Source: a virus (lineage: Duplodnaviria > Caudoviricetes). Taken from it: a stretch of DNA of 44,877 bases. Shown in pieces: positions 1-8,727 of this stretch. Every line of letters starts with the position of its first letter. Within the stretch, counting starts at the first letter, position 1. The notes beneath the pieces were generated by a model. It saw only the letters and a program-made list of their open reading frames with translations, was not told the origin of the DNA and did not search any database. The stretch spans positions 1 to 44,877 of IMG/VR virus record IMGVR_UViG_3300037478_000562; one strand, written 5' to 3'. Made by a program: the position numbers and the translations under genes.

Positions 1-222
1 GCGGTAGAGGGCCTGGAGGTCCGCCCACGACTCCATCCGGACCGTCGTTGTGCCCTCGCGGCGGTTGATGGCGCGGTGCGCGCCGCCGTCGAAGTCGAGC
101 AACAGGGGCTTCTCGTCAGCCGAGTAGCCGAGCGAGGTCTTGAAGACGCCAGGCTGACCGAAGACCGTCACCACGACGGTCTTGACCTCGATCGGATCCG
201 AACCAGACAGCAAACTGAGCAT
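1..222 (-). CDS. Sak4-like / AAA_24 phage recombination ATPase, N-terminal part (runs off window start)
   Basis: Hand translation from ATG 222 (RBS AGGAG upstream): MLSLLSGSDPIEVKTVVVTVFGQPGVFKTSLGYSADEKPLLLDFDGGAHRA... Walker A GQPGVFKT plus LLLDFDGG, typical of AAA_24; not in the ORF track. Confidence 0.85.
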   Translation of the reverse strand, partial: MLSLLSGSDPIEVKTVVVTVFGQPGVFKTSLGYSADEKPLLLDFDGGAHRAINRREGTTTVRMESWADLQALYR

Positions 223-231
223 TGATGGCTC

Positions 232-507
232 CTATGGGTTGTGGGTGAAACGGCTGTCCCGCATCGCGTCCTCGCGGTGCGAGTACGCCCGCCAGTACGC
301 ATCGGCGGTACGGCAGTCCGAACAGTCCGGGCAGTAGCACCAGCGGCCTGAACCCTGGCCCTCGCACGCGTCGCAGCACCCATCGCACTCGATGGTCTCG
401 GGGTGCTCGACTCGACAGCCCGTGCCCTCACAGGACCAGCACGTCGCGTCCATGTGCTCCTCGCACCGGGGCTCAAGAGCGGGGAAGCTGCCCGCGAGGA
501 CGCTCAC
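232..507 (-). CDS. small Cys-rich (zinc-finger-like) hypothetical protein
   Basis: Several CxxC motifs (CWSC, CDGC, CDAC, CPDC, CSDC); GTGA-coupled to upstream ORF. Confidence 0.6.
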   Translation of the reverse strand: MSVLAGSFPALEPRCEEHMDATCWSCEGTGCRVEHPETIECDGCCDACEGQGSGRWCYCPDCSDCRTADAYWRAYSHREDAMRDSRFTHNP

Positions 508-665
508 GCTCCGTCCTCGTCGGTCTCGTCGGTCTCCCAGACCTGAACGTCGAGCTGCGAGATCGTGAGCTTTGACAGCCCGCCCTCGATCAGGTGCCGC
601 AGCTCGCGCTCGTCGATCAGCGGATCGTCGGTGCGCACGTGCATGACGACCTTGAACTCGGTCAC
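504..665 (-). CDS. hypothetical protein, 53 aa (MTEFKVVMHVRTDDPLIDERELRHL...)
   Basis: Hand-translated; GTGA overlaps with both neighbours; GC-rich third positions. Confidence 0.6.
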   Translation of the reverse strand: MTEFKVVMHVRTDDPLIDERELRHLIEGGLSKLTISQLDVQVWETDETDEDGA

Positions 666-853
666 GAGCGCGCCTTCTTCTCGGCGAGGTCCCGCCGGTC
701 GGCCTCGGCCATGAGCGCGTCCGCGTACCTACAGACCGCCACGGCCACGATGCGCGCTTCTGATGGATCGGGCAGGAGTTTCAGGGGTCCCAACGCCTGG
801 AGCGCCGCGGCGCGGAACAGGGTGAGGCGGCCGTGTCTCGTGTCTTCGCTCAC
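662..853 (-). CDS. hypothetical protein, 63 aa
   Basis: ORF track; stop/start overlap with 504..665. Confidence 0.55.
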   Translation of the reverse strand: MSEDTRHGRLTLFRAAALQALGPLKLLPDPSEARIVAVAVCRYADALMAEADRRDLAEKKARS

Positions 854-875
854 TGGGCCCCCCGGGGCCTGGGCT

Positions 876-1172
876 TCACGCGTCGTCCCCGAGGATCGAG
901 ACGAGTCCGGAGTAGCACTCCAGGCACATCAGCCGGCGCGTGAGCAGCTCGGGCCGCTCCTCTGCGGCGAGCGTCACCTTGACGCCCGGCCCCATCGCGT
1001 CGGCCATGACGGCACCGGCAGGTCCGCCGCCGAAGAGCACCTCCAGGCCGTGCGCCTGTTGAGCTGACCGCGCATCGACCATTGCCAGCGACGACTCGAC
1101 GACTTGGAAGAACATCCCGAGCGGCTTCCCGCACCGGCACGGGCGCAACTCCTCGCGACGAACAGCCTTCAT
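876..1172 (-). CDS. hypothetical protein with CxC and CxxC motifs
   Basis: ATG 1172 preceded by AAGGAGG; C-terminal part of track ORF 876..1997. Gene structure of 1172-1685 is unclear. Confidence 0.6.
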   Translation of the reverse strand: MKAVRREELRPCRCGKPLGMFFQVVESSLAMVDARSAQQAHGLEVLFGGGPAGAVMADAMGPGVKVTLAAEERPELLTRRLMCLECYSGLVSILGDDA

Positions 1173-1681
1173 CGCGCGTCCCTCCTTGTGAGCCTGGACC
1201 GGACAGGGCAGACCGCCGCTCGGGGCACACCCCCGAGGGTCGGAGCCGAGAGCCGCTCTTCCAGAGTCGCCGCTCCCGGCACCGACGCGCTCCCCTCTGA
1301 AGCGCCCCCGAAACGGGGCTCGACGCTCTGCCCTGACCGCTCCGTGCTCACGCTGCGCCCTCTTTCTCTTGCGCCGGCCCGGACGGCCGGCAGATCCGCG
1401 CCGCCACGCGCCCGCTCGGCAGCCCTCCCACGTCTCGCTCACCGCAGCCGGCCCAGCGATGGAGCCCGCGCATCGCTGGTGCAGGATCGCCTCGGCCGCC
1501 TGCTGGCCCCGCGCCCCCGAGTCCCTGGCGATCGCGGCGCGAAGGCGGGCGGCGCTCTGGCCGTTGAGGCGCAGCGCCTGCGAGGATGTGGGCTCCGGCA
1601 TGGGCTCGGGCTCGGAGGACGCCAGCTTCCACCACTCGCCCTCAGAGAGCTGTGGAGACCACGGGTTGTGCTTCCAACTCT

Positions 1682-1879
1682 TCACCGCATCCCCTCCCCC
1701 GGGTCCTGGGGCCAGGTCGGCCGGATCGGCCCCCGGCGCCGGATGCCCGGCGTCACCTTCCCCTCGTCCTGGGGAAACAATTCGTGGAGCGCGCGGTGAA
1801 GCCATCTGCCGAACAGCAGGGCAGCGACCGCGTAGCCTACACATACCAACACCAGCAGGGCCGTCTCGTGCGCCGTCAC
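1682..1879 (-). CDS. small single-TM membrane protein
   Basis: GTG 1879 overlaps upstream stop; hydrophobic stretch ALLVLVCVGYAVAALLFG. Confidence 0.55.
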   Translation of the reverse strand: MTAHETALLVLVCVGYAVAALLFGRWLHRALHELFPQDEGKVTPGIRRRGPIRPTWPQDPGEGMR

Positions 1880-2325
1880 CGCTTCGCCTCGGCCTTCGCC
1901 ACGAACTCGCCCGTGCCGCACTCGCAGTAGTCGTTCGGAGCGCCGCCGTCGTCACCCTGCGACGTGCGCCCGCAGTCGTCGCAGATCCACGGACCAAGCG
2001 AGCCCGTCAGCGCTGCGTACGTCGCGAGCCCGGCCGCGAACGCGGCCTCGGGCGCCCCGCCCCGCGCGAGCGCCGCGTGCACCGCGCCCGTCCCCGCCGA
2101 CAGCGCCACGCCGTCGATCCGGCCGTGGTCGCCCAGGCGCATCACCAGCCCGACCCGCAGCGCCGTCCGCTCCGGAGCGTCGGGCTCCTCGCCCTCGCGC
2201 CGCAGGAAGACGGTGCCCCCGTAGGTGTACGCCGCCAGCTCGGCGGCGTCAGAGGCAGACCACGGCGCCAGCGGGTCCGCGCCGGATGCCCGGCGGATCA
2301 AGGTCTCGAGGTCAGCGGTCGCCAT
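1876..2325 (-). CDS. hypothetical protein with C-terminal zinc ribbon (CDDC...CEC)
   Basis: ATG 2325 after AAGGAGG, coupled to xis-like gene. Confidence 0.6.
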   Translation of the reverse strand: MATADLETLIRRASGADPLAPWSASDAAELAAYTYGGTVFLRREGEEPDAPERTALRVGLVMRLGDHGRIDGVALSAGTGAVHAALARGGAPEAAFAAGLATYAALTGSLGPWICDDCGRTSQGDDGGAPNDYCECGTGEFVAKAEAKR

Positions 2326-2582
2326 CACGCCTCCTTCGGCCGCCGCGACGCGGCCTGCTGCTGCTCGTCGAGCCACGCCTGCACCGTCGACAGGCGCCAG
2401 CGCGGGCTCTGGCCGCTGCGCCCTGGGAGCACCAGGTCGGGCCCGGGGAACACCTTCGCGGTCCGCAGCCTCCACAGCCGCTGCGGCGTGACCGAGAGCG
2501 CTGCGGCGACCTCGCGCGGGCCGAGCGCGGGGTCGAGCGTCAGCACCGTCTTGACCTCCGCCGTGATAGCCGGCGCCCTCAC
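2325..2582 (-). CDS. AlpA/excisionase-like winged-HTH protein
   Basis: LGPREVAAALSVTPQRLWRLRTAKVFPGPD...SPRWRLSTVQAWL matches the AlpA/Xis pattern (FPxP...RW...V..W). Confidence 0.75.
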   Translation of the reverse strand: MRAPAITAEVKTVLTLDPALGPREVAAALSVTPQRLWRLRTAKVFPGPDLVLPGRSGQSPRWRLSTVQAWLDEQQQAASRRPKEA

Positions 2583-2878
2583 GGCTGCGCCCCGTCCGGG
2601 TCGCACGGCATTTCGACGACAGCGCCATCGCAGTTGATAACCACCGTCTCGATCTCCCGTCGGGAAGCCCACCGATACACGGACGAGCAGGCGCCTCCGC
2701 CGCCGAAGGCATCGCCCCCCGAGCTGCTCATCCGGTGGCCGCGCACGCAGGCGACACGTTCGCCGTCGACGTAGACCGCGAACGTCTTCTGCGGCTTCGT
2801 GGCCGGATCCGAGTCGCCGGTCGCCAGAAGAAGACCCCCGGTCGCCAGAAGAAGACCCGCAAGCGCTAAAAACCTCAC
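2579..2878 (-). CDS. small secreted/exported Cys-containing protein
   Basis: MRFLALAGLLLATGGLLLATGDSD signal-like N-terminus; four Cys. Confidence 0.55.
   Translation of the reverse strand: MRFLALAGLLLATGGLLLATGDSDPATKPQKTFAVYVDGERVACVRGHRMSSSGGDAFGGGGACSSVYRWASRREIETVVINCDGAVVEMPCDPDGAQP
2818..2858. repeat. 21-bp in-frame tandem duplication (GLLLATG x2)
   Basis: ggtcgccagaagaagaccc occurs twice at 21-bp spacing. Confidence 0.8.
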
Positions 2879-3078
2879 TACGCGGCCTCCCCCGCGAGCA
2901 TCCGCCGCGCGCACTCGCCCGGGTGGACCCCGTGCGACACCAGCCCGTCCGGGCTCGCGCCGTGGTGGACCAGCTCGCGGCAGACGCAGCAGATGGTCCG
3001 GATCCGATCGGGGCCGGCCTCGACAGGGATCCGCGGATCCGGCGCCGTCGGGGCGCTCACGCCGTTGCTCCGAGGCAC
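2878..3078 (-). CDS. small hypothetical protein with CCxC and HxxC motifs
   Basis: ORF track; fits the operon chain. Confidence 0.5.
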   Translation of the reverse strand: MPRSNGVSAPTAPDPRIPVEAGPDRIRTICCVCRELVHHGASPDGLVSHGVHPGECARRMLAGEAA

Positions 3079-3617
3079 AGCGACCGGTCCGTCTCGCTCA
3101 GCCGACGCTGTAGGTGCGCCAGCTCCACCGCGAGGGCCCGACGCTCGATGTCGTCGACCACCCCGTCAGCGAGAGCCCGCAGCATCCCCGCAGAGACGCG
3201 GGACGCGGCGGCGTCGAGCTGGGCCGCAGCCTCGGGGATCGCCCGGGCCAGCGGTGCCGCCGGCACGAGCCGGTAGCCCGCGGCTCGAGCGAGCGGCCGG
3301 AGCGCCTCGACGGCGGCCCGCGGCGCCTGAAGGCTCCACCACGCGAGATCCTCGAGCGGGAGGGCGCGCTCCCCCAGGAGCTGGGATCGCGCGTAGCGCC
3401 CGTTCCGCGGGCCGCTGCATGTCTCGACCGATCCGCCGAGGATGCCGTGCAACCCGGCGAGCGACTCAGCCGCGAGATCGACGGCGGCGGGGGTCGCGCG
3501 GGCCAGGAGGGACCGGCGCCGCGAGAGGCGCTCGCGGTACTGGTCCAGGGGATCCGCCGCTGGGACTCGCGGCGGGGCGGGTGCCGGCGCCATCGTGGAG
3601 GGCATGACGCCGCTCAC
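3057..3617 (-). CDS. phage regulatory CII-like protein (CP76 type)
   Basis: Immediately downstream of cro; C-terminal LARAAGYRLVP...ALADGVVDDIERRAL pattern typical of this family. Confidence 0.65.
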   Translation of the reverse strand: MSGVMPSTMAPAPAPPRVPAADPLDQYRERLSRRRSLLARATPAAVDLAAESLAGLHGILGGSVETCSGPRNGRYARSQLLGERALPLEDLAWWSLQAPRAAVEALRPLARAAGYRLVPAAPLARAIPEAAAQLDAAASRVSAGMLRALADGVVDDIERRALAVELAHLQRRLSETDRSLCLGATA

Positions 3618-3871
3618 CGCGCCGCTTCGGCAGCCTCGGGGGCCACCAGCTCGGACGCGGGCTGCTCGGGGGCGAAGGTCTCCTCGTAGGTGACCGGCCT
3701 CCCCAGGCGCTCGGTGAAGTAGGCGAGGCAGCGCTGAATGTCGTCCAGCGTCCAGCGTCGCGCGCCGCGGGCCTTGCGGCTGATCGTAGAAGTGTCCTGG
3801 CCGAGGGCGCGCCCGAGTTCAGTCCGGGAGACTCCCTGCCGGGCCATCCATGCCATGATCCTTGACTGCAT
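3614..3871 (-). CDS. Cro-like XRE HTH regulator
   Basis: HTH VSRTELGRALGQDTSTISRKARG; divergent from repressor; probable leaderless ATG at 3871. Confidence 0.8.
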   Translation of the reverse strand: MQSRIMAWMARQGVSRTELGRALGQDTSTISRKARGARRWTLDDIQRCLAYFTERLGRPVTYEETFAPEQPASELVAPEAAEAAR

Positions 3872-3957
3872 GGCCATACAATGCGCGTTCGTGGCCAAGT
3901 TGTCAAGCCCAATTGTCAGAGCGCCCCGCGATGGCCGAAACTATTGACGCATTGTCA
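3863..3957. promoter_or_regulatory. cI/cro switch: leftward promoter and candidate operators
   Basis: Minus strand TTGACA(3906-3901)-17 nt-CATTGT(3883-3878); related 14-mers at 3863-3876, 3892-3905, 3905-3918, 3944-3957 (TGGCCA-N4-GTCA-like). Confidence 0.6.
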
Positions 3958-4254
3958 TGGTCCGAACGGGCGCCGATTCTGGCGAAGGCGTTGAAGGATA
4001 AGGGGCTGAGCGGCGCGGAGGTCGCCCGGCGTCTCAACTACGACCCGAGTCACGTGAGTCGGTGGCTGAGAGGGGGGCGAGTTCCAGACGCCGAGCAGCT
4101 CGAGTCGATGCTCAGGCTCGCGGACTATTCCGCCGACGAGCTGCTCGGCATCACCTCGAGCGCGTTGCGGCGCCGGGCCGAAGAGGCGCAGCGGATGATC
4201 GACCGGTTGACCGACGCCCTCGCGCTGATCGAGCGCTCCCGGCCGGCTCAATGA
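3931..4254 (+). CDS. CI-like XRE HTH repressor (107 aa, no peptidase domain)
   Basis: GLSGAEVARRLNYDPSHVSRWLRGGRVP...SADELLG is a classic HTH_3/XRE; C-terminal coiled coil. Confidence 0.85.
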   Translation: MAETIDALSWSERAPILAKALKDKGLSGAEVARRLNYDPSHVSRWLRGGRVPDAEQLESMLRLADYSADELLGITSSALRRRAEEAQRMIDRLTDALALIERSRPAQ

Positions 4255-4354
4255 GGAGGCGAGCCACGCGCTCCAAATACTCGGCCGTGCTTCGCTGCTC
4301 TCGCGCTACCGCTTGCAGCGCCTCGCCCAGCTCGCGCCTGACCCGCTGATCCAT
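4151..4354 (-). CDS. small helical protein, antisense-overlapping the cI 3' end
   Basis: GGAGGT RBS before ATG 4354; first ~35 aa amphipathic. Confidence 0.4.
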   Translation of the reverse strand: MDQRVRRELGEALQAVAREQRSTAEYLERVARLLIEPAGSARSARGRRSTGRSSAAPLRPGAATRSR

Positions 4355-4495
4355 CCGCCACCTCCGCTAGAGGCCGACCATGCTACGTTCACACCACGTC
4401 AGATGCGGTCCGCCGCCGTGCGGTTCCGTGCAATATCGTTGCGTTGTGTGCCTGAGCCAGAGGGCACCCAAGATGCAGTGTGAACGGAGGGCGCG

Positions 4496-5050
4496 ATGGC
4501 GATGAAGGGCTGCCCCGACTGCGGGCGCGACGTCTCGAGCAAGGCTAATGCCTGTCCCCATTGCGGCCGACGGCTTCGACGACGGCCGAGTTGCACCTTC
4601 GGTTGCGCCTCGATCATCCTGACGCTCTTCCTAGCCCTGACGATCACGACCGCCCTGCGCAGTCCAGGGCCGCACGTCGCCGCTCCCGGCGCTGGAGACG
4701 CGCCGCCGCGGCCAGCGGCCACGCCCTGGCAGGCGACCCCGACCCCGGAGCCCTGCCAGGAGCACATCGAACTCCACTCGGCCGCTCGGTGGGCGAGGGA
4801 GATGGGGCAGACAGAGGCATGGGTCGTCGCCAACCACCGTATCAACCTGTTCGCGAGGCCGGTCGACCAGGGCCGCGGAGGGAAGGTCGGTGAACTGCTC
4901 CCGGGCTCGCGCGCGTCGATCGTGAAGCGGGGCGAGAACGAGTACCAGATCCGCAGCCCGCTCGACGGCTCCGTGGGGTGGGTTTCAGCCCTTCAGGTGG
5001 CGCGCACGCTCCACCAGGACGTCAACACCCGGGAGCCGTGCGAGCCGTGA
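4496..5050 (+). CDS. zinc-ribbon + TM + SH3-like exported domain membrane protein (lysogeny module)
   Basis: CPDCG...CPHCG; TM IILTLFLALTITT; INLFARP...ELLPGSRASIV...YQIR...GWVSA SH3b-like; GGAGG RBS. Confidence 0.75.
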   Translation: MAMKGCPDCGRDVSSKANACPHCGRRLRRRPSCTFGCASIILTLFLALTITTALRSPGPHVAAPGAGDAPPRPAATPWQATPTPEPCQEHIELHSAARWAREMGQTEAWVVANHRINLFARPVDQGRGGKVGELLPGSRASIVKRGENEYQIRSPLDGSVGWVSALQVARTLHQDVNTREPCEP

Positions 5051-6239
5051 GCCCCTCGAGCCGGTCGGCCCAGCGCTGGAGCGCCTCAGCGATCTCGGCC
5101 TGGTACAGGTGCCGGTCGTAGGTCTCGACGAGCCCACCCCGCGAGTGCCCGAGGACCAGCTCCGCGACCTCGTGCCGCACCCCCAGCTCGGCGAGCCCGG
5201 TCCTCACGGTGCGGCGGACGTCGTGGTGCCGGTAGTCGGAAGCGACCGCCCGGAGCCGCCGCGCCATGTGGTCGCGGCTCCCCATCGTGAGCGCGGCCCC
5301 CGGCCGTCGCGGGGACGGAAAGACGAGCCCTCGAGCCGTGCGGCGCCCCTCGAGCATCTCCCGGGCCTGCCGCGGCAGCACCAGCACCAGCGGCCGCCCG
5401 CCCTTCGTCCGCAGCCGCGTCCACCGGCCCGTGTCGGGCTCCAGCTCCTCCCACCGCAGCTCGGCGACCTCCGACGACCGCGCCCCGGTCCACCACAGCA
5501 GCCGCCACCAGTCCCGATAGACTGCCCGCTCCCCGCCCACAGCGGCCCAGAGCGCCGCGATCTCGGCCGGGAGGTAGTAGCGCTCCCTCGCGCGAGCGCG
5601 CGGCCCACGCAGGCCGAGGAACGGGTACGGCGCCGCGATGGGGATAAGCCCCCGCTCCACGCCCCAACTCCACGCCCGCCGGGCCAGCTCGAGCGTCCGC
5701 CGAGCCTGTGCCGGCGAGCCCCGGTCGATGACGCCCTGGATCGCCAGCGCCAGCGCGCCGCGCACGGCGGGGTCCGCTGGCCGGAAGCGCCCGATCGCCG
5801 GGAGCAGATCCTTGCGCATCATCTGGGGCCACTGCACGCGCGTCGTCCGCCCGTAGTGCTCGCCAGCAGCGAGGTGGGCGCCGAAGCGCTCCAGCACCAC
5901 ACCCAGGGTCAGCTCGAGCCGCGCGGCGGCCCGGGCACGGCGATCAGCGACGCGCTCCTCGTGGGGGTCGTGGCCGGCGTCCACCAGCCCCCGGGCCCGT
6001 CTCGCACTCAGCCGGGCCTGCGCCAGCGACACGTCGGGCCACCGCCCCAGCTTCAGCCGCCGCACCCGAGCCTCGGCCCGGTAGAGCAGCACCCAGGTCC
6101 GGATCCCGCTCGGCGTCACCCGCAGCACCAGGCCACGCTGCAGGGTGTCGGCGTAGTCGGTGCGCTGGCCGTCGACCGCTTCGAGCCCCGCGATCCGCGC
6201 GGCCTCGAGCCGCAGTCGCGCTCCACGTTTGCGCTGCAC
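5022..6239 (-). CDS. int: tyrosine integrase, P4-like with N-terminal arm-binding domain
   Basis: GLVLRVTPSGIRTWVLLYR...LGRWPDVSLAQAR arm domain; catalytic R (GARSSE), K (TKGG), HDVRR, LGH, Y (TYD). Confidence 0.95.
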   Translation of the reverse strand: MQRKRGARLRLEAARIAGLEAVDGQRTDYADTLQRGLVLRVTPSGIRTWVLLYRAEARVRRLKLGRWPDVSLAQARLSARRARGLVDAGHDPHEERVADRRARAAARLELTLGVVLERFGAHLAAGEHYGRTTRVQWPQMMRKDLLPAIGRFRPADPAVRGALALAIQGVIDRGSPAQARRTLELARRAWSWGVERGLIPIAAPYPFLGLRGPRARARERYYLPAEIAALWAAVGGERAVYRDWWRLLWWTGARSSEVAELRWEELEPDTGRWTRLRTKGGRPLVLVLPRQAREMLEGRRTARGLVFPSPRRPGAALTMGSRDHMARRLRAVASDYRHHDVRRTVRTGLAELGVRHEVAELVLGHSRGGLVETYDRHLYQAEIAEALQRWADRLEGLTARTAPGC

Positions 6240-6249
6240 CGCTCCGCTC

Positions 6250-6390
6250 CGCTGTTGCCCCGGCGAGCCCAACCCCGCGGGGGCAACACGATATCATTAG
6301 GTGCGATACATTGCAGGCGATTTATTGGACCTATGGTGCCACGTGGAACGTAGTACTATATAAGGGGATAGACCCCGGAAAGGTCGGTGA
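6250..6390. other. putative attP / divergent promoter region
   Basis: AT-rich non-coding stretch directly upstream of int; inverted repeat TGTTGCCCC...GGGGCAACA (6253-6288); palindrome TAGTACTA. Confidence 0.5.
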
Positions 6391-6393
6391 GCG

Positions 6394-6876
6394 ATGCAGT
6401 TATGGCGAGGCGTTCAAGCTCTTCTCGCGTGCTTGGCGCTGTCCGCGCAAGTCGCGTATGGACAGCAGTTACAGCCGCACGCCGGGACGATCAGCGCGGA
6501 GGGGCGACAGGAGGGCGACTTGGCTGGCCCTCCGGCGCCCGGGCTGACCGCTCTCGTCCGCCCCGAGCGGGCCGGGACCCGGCAGCAGGTAGCTGATGCC
6601 CGGGGCGCCTGGCGCTGGTACGCCGTGGCGTGGTCGATCGACGCCGGCTCCAGCGCCCTGGCCCTCAGCCGACCCGGGACACTCGAGGGGTCTGTGCTGC
6701 TGGGCGATCGCCCCGTTCTGGTGCACGCTCTCAAGGCCGGCCTGGCGGTCGGCTCCTGGCGCCTCGGCGTCCACTGGGCCAGGGGTGGCCACCCCGAGCG
6801 CGCCAGCGCCCTCCGTTGGGTCTACGCCATCGCGTCGGCCTTCGCGGGCGTCTGGAACGTCTCCGTCGCCTGGTGA
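6394..6876 (+). CDS. membrane protein with signal peptide (cargo/moron-like)
   Basis: Signal-like N-terminus, three hydrophobic segments; opposite strand to structural genes. Confidence 0.6.
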   Translation: MQLWRGVQALLACLALSAQVAYGQQLQPHAGTISAEGRQEGDLAGPPAPGLTALVRPERAGTRQQVADARGAWRWYAVAWSIDAGSSALALSRPGTLEGSVLLGDRPVLVHALKAGLAVGSWRLGVHWARGGHPERASALRWVYAIASAFAGVWNVSVAW

Positions 6877-6971
6877 GCTGCTGGGAGTGGTTCGGCCTCG
6901 GGATGGTGGCCGGGGCGCTCTACGTCGTGGCGCTCGCGGCGATCGTCCGGGCGCTGCGGCGGCGAGGCTAG
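6873..6971 (+). CDS. 32-aa single-TM peptide (MSCWEWFGLGMVAGALYVVALAAIVRALRRRG)
   Basis: GTGA overlap with upstream stop; TM followed by basic tail. Confidence 0.5.
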   Translation: MSCWEWFGLGMVAGALYVVALAAIVRALRRRG

Positions 6972-7720
6972 CGCGCGGCCAGGTCGACTACCGTGGGCCA
7001 GCGCAGGGCCCGCAGCTCGGCGCCCAGCACCCGGTCCTCGTCCGCCGTCCACCAGAGCCGGCGGCGGGAGGCCTGGTAGACCTCTCGCGCGAGCCCGCGC
7101 ATGTCGACCCGGGCGTGAGCGACGCCACCGAGGATCCCGGCGAGCGGGAGCCACGGCCCGACGACGTCGTAGATGCCGGCCTGGGGATTGCGCTCGAAGC
7201 GGACATCGCAGCGCACGCGGTCGAAGTAGGCGCCCTCGCCTAGCACGGTGGGGCGGTTCGCGCCGATCACCACGTAGGCGCCGGATCCGTCGCCCGGGAA
7301 GTCGGTGATGACCCAGGCCCGCGGGCCGTCAGGGTTCTGCGCCGAGTCGTAGGCCCCGACCTCGTGCGATGTCCCGCCGGACACCGAGAAAGTGCCTGAG
7401 CCTGCGGTCGAGGCGCCGTAGCCGATGCCGTGCGAGATCGTGAACCCGCCGCTGGGCTCGAGCTCGAAGCACCAGCTCCGGACCCGCACCGGCGGCGCCG
7501 CCGCATCGGCCGTGATCCTCGCGGCCTCGGGCGGCAACCCGGTGAGGTAGAAGGTCGCCGAGGCGTGACCGCCGTCAGGGTCGGCGGGGTTGTTGCGGCC
7601 GTAAGTCGCCGCGTCCTCCGCGGCGATCGCCTCCCAGGCGTCGCCGGCGCCGTTGATGTCCCAGTTGGCTGCGTTCTCCTGGTTGTTCGCGGCCGGCGTC
7701 AGTGTCGCGACGAAGGGCAT
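6968..7720 (-). CDS. minor tail / receptor-binding-like protein
   Basis: Last gene of tail operon; beta-rich G/A/S/T composition. Confidence 0.6.
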   Translation of the reverse strand: MPFVATLTPAANNQENAANWDINGAGDAWEAIAAEDAATYGRNNPADPDGGHASATFYLTGLPPEAARITADAAAPPVRVRSWCFELEPSGGFTISHGIGYGASTAGSGTFSVSGGTSHEVGAYDSAQNPDGPRAWVITDFPGDGSGAYVVIGANRPTVLGEGAYFDRVRCDVRFERNPQAGIYDVVGPWLPLAGILGGVAHARVDMRGLAREVYQASRRRLWWTADEDRVLGAELRALRWPTVVDLAAR

Positions 7721-7723
7721 CAG

Positions 7724-8725
7724 CTACTCCACCGTCCCGAACGTCACCCACGGCTGGGTCGGGAGGACCGGCGCCAGGAAGCGCAGGTACGCGTTGACGT
7801 CGGAGCCCGCCACGCTTGAGCCGACCTGGTCGACGTCGAGGTGGACGCGGTCGTTCAGCGCGAGGCACCGATTGGCGTAGGTGGCCCCGTCGACCGCCTG
7901 GGATCCGCTGTTGGCGGACGCGGCGATCGCGGGCGCCGTCGCGAACATGTCGTCCGCGCCGTTCTTCGCGAACTGCACCTCGATGTCTGCGTCCGTGGGC
8001 GCCGTCCCCGCGTACAGGTGGGCGCCCGTCACGATGCACGGGAGGCCGGGGCTCGGGAAGTGGCCGAGTGCGTCGTCGCCGACCGCCAGCACGCCCGCCC
8101 AGGTCCATTGCATCGTGCGCTCTTCCATCTCGGCCGGGGTCCAGAATCCCGGGCGCACCGGGCCCGGACGGATGCAGGGCTGGCCGTACCTCGCGATCAC
8201 GTCCACGTTGGCCTCGCAGCGTAGCGTCAGCTCGGTAGGGGTGCCGCCCGAGCCGACGATGCGCTTGACCGGCAGCAGCTCCCATTCGCCCCCGCCGGTG
8301 TGGTAGGCGGAGTAGATCGTGTCGACGCCGTCGAACAGGCCGACCCTGACCGCCGTCGGGCTCTCGGTCCACACGGGCACCATCGCGCTGAAGTCGAGCC
8401 CCTCGAGAAACGCGAAGGCTGCCCAGTCGGCCGCTTGGATGATCCGGCGCTCGAAGACCCCAGCAGCAGCACCGCCCGAGGTCACCTCGACGCTCGTGTT
8501 GCCCTGATAAGGGGTGCCTGGCGTCGACCTGCGGGTGACGATCGCCCCGGCCCCGGTGACCCGGTAGTACGCCGGCACTGAGGTCTCACCCGCCGGCCAG
8601 ATCGTGATCGGTGGCGCCCAGTTCCGCTGACCCAGCGACAGCGGGAGGGCGGCGAAGTTCCCCCGCACTTCAGCGGAGAGGGCCAGCGTCGACGTTTCCG
8701 GCTCGGTCTCCAGGAAATCAGCCAC
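7724..8725 (-). CDS. tail-tip protein with carbohydrate-binding-like and jelly-roll-like domains
   Basis: YSAYHTGGGEWELL and AGTAPTDADIEV...DRVHLDVDQVGSSVAGSD motifs common in phage tail proteins. Confidence 0.7.
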   Translation of the reverse strand: MADFLETEPETSTLALSAEVRGNFAALPLSLGQRNWAPPITIWPAGETSVPAYYRVTGAGAIVTRRSTPGTPYQGNTSVEVTSGGAAAGVFERRIIQAADWAAFAFLEGLDFSAMVPVWTESPTAVRVGLFDGVDTIYSAYHTGGGEWELLPVKRIVGSGGTPTELTLRCEANVDVIARYGQPCIRPGPVRPGFWTPAEMEERTMQWTWAGVLAVGDDALGHFPSPGLPCIVTGAHLYAGTAPTDADIEVQFAKNGADDMFATAPAIAASANSGSQAVDGATYANRCLALNDRVHLDVDQVGSSVAGSDVNAYLRFLAPVLPTQPWVTFGTVE

Positions 8726-8727
8726 GA

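Noticed and set aside
876-1997. Single 373-aa gene
   Set aside because: Overlaps better-supported coupled small genes and has an internal strong RBS at 1172; the 1172-1685 structure remains unresolved.
6334-6360. TGGTGCC as reverse complement of a tRNA 3' end (att core)
   Set aside because: No T-arm sequence (TCGAAC/TCGAAT) follows at the expected distance.
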